The position numbers were made by a program, and so were the translations under genes. Under the pieces are notes generated by a model, which did not search any database, had not been told where the DNA came from, and was given only the letters and a program-made list of their open reading frames with translations. This document shows, piece by piece, positions 57,289 to 64,000 of a DNA stretch of 64,000 bases (the stretch's first letter is position 1; every line of letters starts with the position of its first letter). Where the stretch lies: positions 14,469-78,468 of the IMG/VR virus record IMGVR_UViG_3300025864_000001. One strand, written 5' to 3'. Source of the DNA: a virus.

Positions 57289-59151
57289 TTATACTGCATC
57301 AGGTACTATTGCTGTTATCACTGCTCCAAGTGCCGTTTTTGCTGTAAGTATCCAATGAGTAGCATCAACTTGTATTACTTCAAAACTACAACCTGCCGGA
57401 AGAGCAGCCTCCACGTTATCCGTAGTTACTCCATTGATAAATACTGAAGCATGTTGTGCTGCCTGTACTCTTAACTCACAAATCTTAGCACCAACTAAAA
57501 GACCTGTTATCTTTGTTCCGATTGTAGTTGCATTAGCGGCAGGAAGTGAAATAATATAAATATCATTTGTGTTTGACGTGACTGTAAGATTCTGACTACC
57601 TGATGCAATAATACCAGTTGTCAAGCCGTCTGCTGTTGCGGTATTTGCATTGCTCTGTAACCCGGTTTCCGGTAACCATTTTGTATCCGCTATACCATAA
57701 TTACTTCCAAATATATTGCCAGTACCAGCATTGGAAATATCTTTTGTTGCCAAATTGCCCTCACAAGTATTATTTAAAAATCTATTATAATTAGAATTAG
57801 CGTCAATAAGTATTCCGTAATTACTATGGCTAATGTTCGTAATAAAGGTATTATAAGTAGCCGAAGATGTTAAGTAAATCCCTATCCCTCCTGTTATGGT
57901 AATATCATTATTTGTAAATGTACTCTTAAAAGATGCAGAGGCGGTAATTCCGTTATTACTACCAGTGGGCATGTTATACAATTTATTATTAGCAACATAA
58001 GAACCTGTGTCAGCAACCATTTCTATTCCCCGACTGGCTGTTCCTAATATGTTAAATATAAAATTCCCCTTTACAACAATATTTTTACCGTTAGTAACTG
58101 ATATTGCCTTAGCAGAGGCCACAGACGTACCATAAATATTATTACCTTCAATAAGACAATTCCATGCTTTAAGATACACAAATATACCTTTCTTAAAACT
58201 ACCATAAATGATATTCTTTCTAACGATACTGTTACTTGTTAATGTATGTCCAAGTCCCTCAATCCCTATTCCACACTGAGAGTTAGTTGCTCCATAAGTG
58301 CCATTAATATCATAAACAATGTTTGATTCTGCGATATTATTAAGTCCGTATAGTGATACTCCGACATCACTACTTCCCGTTATGATATTGCTTATAATCT
58401 CACAAAAACTAGCCCTGTCAGAAGTTGTAACTCCGTTCCAATAATTATTTACGATGTGACAATTTTCGACCAATCCATTAAATACCGTACTAAACCAAAC
58501 ACCATGTTTTGTAAAATCATGTATATAGCAATTATTTACGGTGATTCTATCAGATGTATTTAATGCACTATACGAACTAACTAATATTCCTGCTAACACA
58601 GCCGTTGTTGTTGCTCCATTATCAATTTTTGACTGATTTACACCATTGCCATCAATCTCTAAATCCTCAAATGTAATATCATCTAAATCAGTAACATCAC
58701 CAGCACCAGGAATAGAACAGTTAAATAATCCCCTACCCCACGTCACACCGACATCAGCATTTGCTTTAAATTTTAAATGTGTTAAATAGTTTCCAGCTCC
58801 TTTAAATTTAATTTTACTATAAGGAACTGCAATTGTATCCAAATTATCATATAGACCTGCTTTAATAAAAATAACTCCTCCTGTTGTAAGTTGTCCTGCT
58901 GCTCCCCGAAATACAACTGTAGCATCTGCATTTGAATAAGCAGTATAACCCGTTCCTATTCCTGGACGTGCATAGTAAGTAGAACCTACTTTGTCAATGA
59001 CATAATCAGCAGTAGATACAACATTTGATGTTGCTCCAAGTGCTGCCTTTATTCCACCATCGGCATTTAGAACATACTTAAAAGTATTACTCTGAGCCGA
59101 TAAAGACCCGACTATTAAAAGTCCTATTAAAAAATTAATTATTCTTTTCAT
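57289..59151 (-). CDS. right-handed beta-helix (pectate-lyase-like) fibre/depolymerase
   Basis: GGVIFIKAG.Y, FEDLEIDGN, Asn/Ile ladders; signal-like N-terminus. Confidence 0.8.
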   Translation of the reverse strand: MKRIINFLIGLLIVGSLSAQSNTFKYVLNADGGIKAALGATSNVVSTADYVIDKVGSTYYARPGIGTGYTAYSNADATVVFRGAAGQLTTGGVIFIKAGLYDNLDTIAVPYSKIKFKGAGNYLTHLKFKANADVGVTWGRGLFNCSIPGAGDVTDLDDITFEDLEIDGNGVNQSKIDNGATTTAVLAGILVSSYSALNTSDRITVNNCYIHDFTKHGVWFSTVFNGLVENCHIVNNYWNGVTTSDRASFCEIISNIITGSSDVGVSLYGLNNIAESNIVYDINGTYGATNSQCGIGIEGLGHTLTSNSIVRKNIIYGSFKKGIFVYLKAWNCLIEGNNIYGTSVASAKAISVTNGKNIVVKGNFIFNILGTASRGIEMVADTGSYVANNKLYNMPTGSNNGITASASFKSTFTNNDITITGGIGIYLTSSATYNTFITNISHSNYGILIDANSNYNRFLNNTCEGNLATKDISNAGTGNIFGSNYGIADTKWLPETGLQSNANTATADGLTTGIIASGSQNLTVTSNTNDIYIISLPAANATTIGTKITGLLVGAKICELRVQAAQHASVFINGVTTDNVEAALPAGCSFEVIQVDATHWILTAKTALGAVITAIVPDAV

Positions 59152-59170
59152 CTTATTGTTTATTTGTGTT

Positions 59171-61651
59171 TTAATGTATATAAGCTCCGCAATCTTTACT
59201 TGCTCCTTGTGTCTTCGTTACTACAACTGGTAATTGTGAATCACTACCCCAATTTGTTAAAGCATCTAAGCCATCTTGATAACCTTCTCCCAAATCAGCC
59301 CACCCACCGATAGCTACACTTCCAGTTTTCAGTGTGAAATCTTCATTATCATAATCTGTAAATAATGCCCTTACTTCTGCCATTGTTGTAAGCATAATAG
59401 AATGAGCATCATGGCCAAGAGCTTTCCAATCTACCCATGAATATTCAGTATTATTGTATTTGAATGGTTTTGCCATTGGACTATAATAAATATTATAATC
59501 AAAAGTGATTACAGTTATTGCATTTTCAATAAGTACAAGATGTGATGCCGCTGAATTATTTTCTGAGATAAATATGCAATTCTTTATAACATTATTTTCG
59601 ACCGTGCCTGTAACATTTATTAATATATCAATACAAGGATGATCCTGCCCTGCATGATTAACAGCTGTATTGTTTGATACATTCAGATTTTCAACTCCCT
59701 TTACTACTATCTTCCCATTAACCGCAATATTATTGTTAATAGAACTATTTGAACAATCATGCGAGTCACCTTTGAAAATATAAGGTAATGGAACTCCCTT
59801 CGCTCTGTTTTGAGATATTATAAAACCATCATGTCCATAATTCTGAATACCATGCCCATTCACAGGATTGGCTTTTTTCTGAATCATGTAATTGTTCTTG
59901 TAATATCCAGTTATTGTATTAATATTTGCACCAACACCAATGGTTAATCCAGTCGCATCCCCTGTTGCAATCAATTTATTTCCTTCAATTTCAACAACCA
60001 CAGCACCAGAAGAATCATGTAACAAAAAGGCTCCTGTAGATGAAATATTGATTATATTCTTTTTAATATATGAGTTTTTATTCCCAAGAGTAAAAAACGC
60101 ATTAGCATCACTACCAGAAACAATATTATTATCAATATTATAATTACCCGTTCCCGTCCCTCCACCACTTATATATCCCATTATCCCCACGTTACGCTTA
60201 AAGTTAAATGTGGTAATATCTACATTGTTTAACAATGTCTGCGGAATCGCAATTATATTATCAATAATATCAACCAAAGCATGATTGTTAATTGTATTTA
60301 AAAAATTTGTTCCGGTTGATATTATCTTACAATGCTTAACAACTAACTCTATGCCACCTGTTGCATAATTATCATAAAATGTTGAAAGACTTGCATCTTT
60401 TATAAGACATGTATCTACTGTTAAGTATTTTTTAGCACATGCAAATGTATTTGCCGTTGTTGCTCTTGATAATATAACGCAATTTGTAAAATTTCCACCA
60501 GTTGCACCAGTTACTAAATTGGATGCATATTGATAATTCAGTATTGCAACTTTATCAAATGTAGGTGTATATGTACCATGAACATACAAAGGGTAAGTAC
60601 CTAAAACATTATCAATTATCCATCCCTTAATCGTTATATTCCCCGAAACAAGTGCCATGTATGATACACGGAGATTTGAAAATTTAACAAATCCAAGTCC
60701 TGTAATATTTTTTGCAATAGAATAGTTTGTATTATTAGCATCATGAGTCCCACTTTCCTGATAAATCAAAGCAGGTGCATGAGTAAGACCATGAGTTAAT
60801 GTAAGCAATGGAGCGGCCTTTGTTCCTGCTGCAATATCAACACCATTTACAGGATCAACCCATGTAGCAACAGCATCTTCGGCAGTCGCACCAAAATAAG
60901 TCTGAGCAGTAGTTATGTCTGCACCTGCTTTTACAGTAGAATAAACAGCCCATTCAATTACTCTTGGTTCGTATATCTCAACTGAATTAGCATCCAAAAT
61001 TTGTGCTGCATGTTTAAAGAAAAACTTATGTTCATAATCAATATCCTGAAATAGCGAAACAACAGGTATTTGATTTGGAGTTCCGTCTCCTGCATACCAG
61101 AAATTATTCAAGTCAGCAGCAATAAAATCAGCATCCCCAGTTGGAGCGGAAATAGTTGCAGCAGACTTATAGGGAAATCCCTTTGTCCATGTAGTCGGGA
61201 AATCATAACCAGTGATTAAAAGATTTTTCCCATTTTTTAAGTCTTTCAGGAAATAATCTGAACCTATAAGTAATATAGTCCCGTCACCACCTGCTAAAAT
61301 ATCTGATCGGAATGGATAATTACCAATCCATCCATTAAACACTCCTAAATTCTCCCAGTCAGTACCCTCAGTTCCTGCATAACCTGTCGGGGTCAATTTC
61401 TGATCAACATGAAGGGCATAGTCAACAATCCTGTATCGGTAAGTGGAGTTTCGTAAAATAGTATCTTCTGAAGGATCAAGTGAATCAAGATTAGTCCATG
61501 TCAATCCGCCATCTTCTGTGTAGTTAAGTACCCATTGACCTGTATTATCGTAATGTCGCCAATAACCAACAAGACCGGAGAAGATCCTGAAGGGTGAACT
61601 ACCGCCCGATGAACCAACGGCTAAACCACCTATGCGAATTGCGAGACTCAT
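59171..61651 (-). CDS. beta-helix head spike/fibre protein
   Basis: MSLAIRIGGLAVGSSGG N-terminus; WVDP.NG.D..AGTKAAP; DYNIYY; DFTL..GS.AI; DCGAY. Confidence 0.7.
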   Translation of the reverse strand: MSLAIRIGGLAVGSSGGSSPFRIFSGLVGYWRHYDNTGQWVLNYTEDGGLTWTNLDSLDPSEDTILRNSTYRYRIVDYALHVDQKLTPTGYAGTEGTDWENLGVFNGWIGNYPFRSDILAGGDGTILLIGSDYFLKDLKNGKNLLITGYDFPTTWTKGFPYKSAATISAPTGDADFIAADLNNFWYAGDGTPNQIPVVSLFQDIDYEHKFFFKHAAQILDANSVEIYEPRVIEWAVYSTVKAGADITTAQTYFGATAEDAVATWVDPVNGVDIAAGTKAAPLLTLTHGLTHAPALIYQESGTHDANNTNYSIAKNITGLGFVKFSNLRVSYMALVSGNITIKGWIIDNVLGTYPLYVHGTYTPTFDKVAILNYQYASNLVTGATGGNFTNCVILSRATTANTFACAKKYLTVDTCLIKDASLSTFYDNYATGGIELVVKHCKIISTGTNFLNTINNHALVDIIDNIIAIPQTLLNNVDITTFNFKRNVGIMGYISGGGTGTGNYNIDNNIVSGSDANAFFTLGNKNSYIKKNIINISSTGAFLLHDSSGAVVVEIEGNKLIATGDATGLTIGVGANINTITGYYKNNYMIQKKANPVNGHGIQNYGHDGFIISQNRAKGVPLPYIFKGDSHDCSNSSINNNIAVNGKIVVKGVENLNVSNNTAVNHAGQDHPCIDILINVTGTVENNVIKNCIFISENNSAASHLVLIENAITVITFDYNIYYSPMAKPFKYNNTEYSWVDWKALGHDAHSIMLTTMAEVRALFTDYDNEDFTLKTGSVAIGGWADLGEGYQDGLDALTNWGSDSQLPVVVTKTQGASKDCGAYIH

Positions 61652-61663
61652 GGTAGTTAGTTT

Positions 61664-61924
61664 TTAGACTCCAAATCCTGCACAGATGGATGTTGCTGTC
61701 GTCCCTACTTTGAATATTTTTCGGCAATATTCAGGGTCATTGAAGATGGCAGAGGGATCAAGTGTTTTTATGATAAAATGATCATCGTCATTCGAGCAGG
61801 GACAGTACTTTATAGCACCTCCTGCACCTGACCTTATAAAAAAACATCCTTGTGGTTCATAATCGGTGGTTGTTAGGTCAACTTCTATGACCCGAACAAT
61901 GTTCTCTTTTGCATTGACACCCAT
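61664..61924 (-). CDS. head spike base protein (RcGTA Rcc01079-like)
   Basis: 86 aa ending PEYCRKIFKVGTTATSICA, directly upstream of a spike gene; promoter box 61979-61986. Confidence 0.6.
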   Translation of the reverse strand: MGVNAKENIVRVIEVDLTTTDYEPQGCFFIRSGAGGAIKYCPCSNDDDHFIIKTLDPSAIFNDPEYCRKIFKVGTTATSICAGFGV

Positions 61925-61998
61925 GATTTCCTTACTTTACGTGTGAAACATTAATAATACATAACATAATTGCAATGTCAAAGTTAAACTATTTTGAT

Positions 61999-62033
61999 AA
62001 AAGAAACGCCACACTCGATTAAAATGTGGCGTC
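61999..62033 (-). terminator. intrinsic terminator after the capsid operon
   Basis: ACGCCACA/TGTGGCGT stem plus T-rich tail. Confidence 0.7.
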
Positions 62034-62064
62034 TGACATGAAAGTAGCAGAAAAATGGAAAATC

Positions 62065-62994
62065 TTATTCTTCTTTCTCCTCGAGAACTTCTTCTTTTTT
62101 ACCTTTCTTCCCTGCATTGGGATTCTTTGTTATCAACACGGCCTGCAGATCATCCCTGAACTCCTGGTTGCCAAGGTAATAATCATACAATGCCTCACTT
62201 GCGCTTTTTGTAGGTGGCACTTTACATATCTGGGTGGTGCCTTTCTCTCCTGCGGCCTGCCAGAACCATATATTTTTAAGGGCATCATGCCTTAATACAC
62301 CCATATCCATTGCCTTTGTGATAGATACACGTGTCTTTATCTCTTCTTCGGAATTGACCATTCTAAAGAACTCATCAGGACCTTCTTTCGTCTCATGTAT
62401 TCTATTGCCAAGTACAATCCTGATCTGGGATGGAGTCAAATCATCAACTCCGGGTTCCTGATAGGCTTTTAACACTGCCTTTAACTTGTCATCGGAGAGT
62501 CCAAAATCCTCACCATATAACAACCCATCAATCTTGGCTTCAATTTTTTTCTTTTCAACTTTCTTTTCAGCCTCGGTAACAAGATCCTCAAACATGAACT
62601 TCACCATTGGTCCTTGGTTCTTTCCATCCTTGCAGTACTCGGATTTATTGAGAAGAAAGAATATCAGCTCGATGTCATTTCGGGTTAAGAATTTGGCACC
62701 GCTGAACAGGAATTTCTTTGGAGTGTATTTCTTATACCCTTTCTCATCAACAATGACATTCTCCGCATATCTCCATACCTCGGTGCCATTTGGTGTCTTA
62801 ACCGTGGCTTTTAAATCAAAAGATATTGAGTTGGGTTTGTCAGGTAATAGGTTGTGCTTTAGTTTGCTTTTCACAATCCTCTCTGCTGGGTACACTACTT
62901 TGACCGGGAATTTGCCGTGGAAATACTTTTCAATTTTTTTAATCTCTTCCGGGTGCATTTCCAATTTAAACAGTTCTTCATTCTTGTATAACAT
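62065..62994 (-). CDS. conserved protein downstream of the MCP (crAss-type head module)
   Basis: 309 aa; position after the MCP; FMFED..EAEK, P.EF. Confidence 0.6.
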   Translation of the reverse strand: MLYKNEELFKLEMHPEEIKKIEKYFHGKFPVKVVYPAERIVKSKLKHNLLPDKPNSISFDLKATVKTPNGTEVWRYAENVIVDEKGYKKYTPKKFLFSGAKFLTRNDIELIFFLLNKSEYCKDGKNQGPMVKFMFEDLVTEAEKKVEKKKIEAKIDGLLYGEDFGLSDDKLKAVLKAYQEPGVDDLTPSQIRIVLGNRIHETKEGPDEFFRMVNSEEEIKTRVSITKAMDMGVLRHDALKNIWFWQAAGEKGTTQICKVPPTKSASEALYDYYLGNQEFRDDLQAVLITKNPNAGKKGKKEEVLEEKEE

Positions 62995-63059
62995 AGCATA
63001 TTTAGTTTTAAAGGAAATGAGAGGCAGAATTTCTCCACCTCTCTATCCTGTGATTACAT

Positions 63060-64000
63060 TTAGACTGCTTCCATGATGACCATCTGGTTGCCCCCTCTGA
63101 AGTGAGCTCCAATGTTGCATCTCTGGTAAGTGTTCCTTGCATCAATATCGGTGACTTTCAAGCCTTCACCAGCACCACCTACCTGCCAAACTTCCATTCT
63201 CCGGGAATATTTGCCAAGGGCTTTATAACGGGTGCCGAATGAATCAACCATATTACTGGTGACTGGATCTTTTTTCTTGTTGATTGGAAGGAATACTCCC
63301 ATCTTACGTGCTCCGTAACCGTCTGCTCCTGCGAGTTTCTTGTTGTTGAACGAACCCATTCTCTTGAACAGGAATGTCCTTTCCGATTTCGTCAGGTAAG
63401 TGAAGTTTACAGATGCGCTAAGGGCCTCATTACTGTTGAACAAAGCATCATTAGTATCCTGTTTCGCAAACGAGATGTTAGTGTTTTTGAAATAGGCCAC
63501 CAATGCGTTTTCAATGTCCTGATGAAGCGAAATTCCTAACAGTCCAAGGATGCGATTACCTGCAAACTCCCTATCAAGGGTATTGTCCATTTCATCAAAT
63601 TCATCTACTGCGAAAGCACCATCAACACTTGTCTGTTCGTTCCCTACTCGTCTGACATAAGGAATAAGGCCTTCGGTTGTATAGATTGGCCGTCCGGTAA
63701 TAGGGTCAGTGATGACGTTTGTGGATTGCTTGCCCCAAAGGAGAGCGCCGTCAATTTTAAGTGCCATACGATAATCAATGTCAATCTGACCTTTGAAATA
63801 GTATGCAGGTATTGACTGCCCTGCACTGGTTATTGTTACCCATGACTGATTGGTCATCTCTGATCCGGTAACACCCATAGATTCCTTTATGATCTGTGTG
63901 TGATTGGAATATTCCCATGTTCCTGATACTGCACCTGTTGGCTGTCCTGATCCTTCAGAGAAGGCACTGGATATAATCACAATTTCTTCTCCTGCGGTGA
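63060..64000 (-). CDS. major capsid protein, crAss-related HK97 fold (5' end outside the window)
   Basis: EGS.QP, N.TQIIKES..VTGSE, ALLWGK, TTEGLIP; frame stays open to the window edge. Confidence 0.85.
   Translation of the reverse strand, partial: TAGEEIVIISSAFSEGSGQPTGAVSGTWEYSNHTQIIKESMGVTGSEMTNQSWVTITSAGQSIPAYYFKGQIDIDYRMALKIDGALLWGKQSTNVITDPITGRPIYTTEGLIPYVRRVGNEQTSVDGAFAVDEFDEMDNTLDREFAGNRILGLLGISLHQDIENALVAYFKNTNISFAKQDTNDALFNSNEALSASVNFTYLTKSERTFLFKRMGSFNNKKLAGADGYGARKMGVFLPINKKKDPVTSNMVDSFGTRYKALGKYSRRMEVWQVGGAGEGLKVTDIDARNTYQRCNIGAHFRGGNQMVIMEAV

Noticed and set aside
35493-63076. Numerous plus-strand ORFs in the track opposite structural genes
   Set aside because: They are antisense shadows of long minus-strand genes with no independent motifs.
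1-64000. tRNA genes, rRNA, CRISPR arrays, integrase or transposase
   Set aside because: None recognised by eye; tRNAscan-SE and a CRISPR finder would be needed to exclude them.

Overview
A 64-kb segment of a tailed dsDNA phage, probably podovirus-like, read in the standard genetic code. The host is most likely Bacteroidota: many TAnnTTTG -7 promoter boxes, A-rich translation starts without Shine-Dalgarno sequences, and DUF3127, DUF4373 and FISUMP-type genes. On the minus strand, from the right end, it carries a crAss-related major capsid protein (cut by the window edge), head-spike base and beta-helix fibres, a lysis block, three ring proteins, a tail muzzle/stabilisation gene split into three ORFs, ejection proteins including a 2619-aa polyvalent protein, and a replication/recombination block (primase-helicase, YqaJ, RecT-like, RusA, PolX, Toprim, SSB, GroES). 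A divergently transcribed early region of small genes spans about 8.6-17.2 kb. The strongest observations are: (1) an RNA control layer in the early region, with a hammerhead and a type-P3 twister ribozyme wedged between stop codons and the next translation start, plus hairpin RNAs complementary to early-gene start regions; (2) a nested, twice-split muzzle protein with a FISUMP domain divided between two genes and a circularly permuted DUF1566; (3) a YYGxAIG peptide shared by otherwise unrelated virion proteins and, in near-identical form, by a small protein next to a putative glycosyltransferase. All protein family calls come from motifs recognised by eye, not from database searches.
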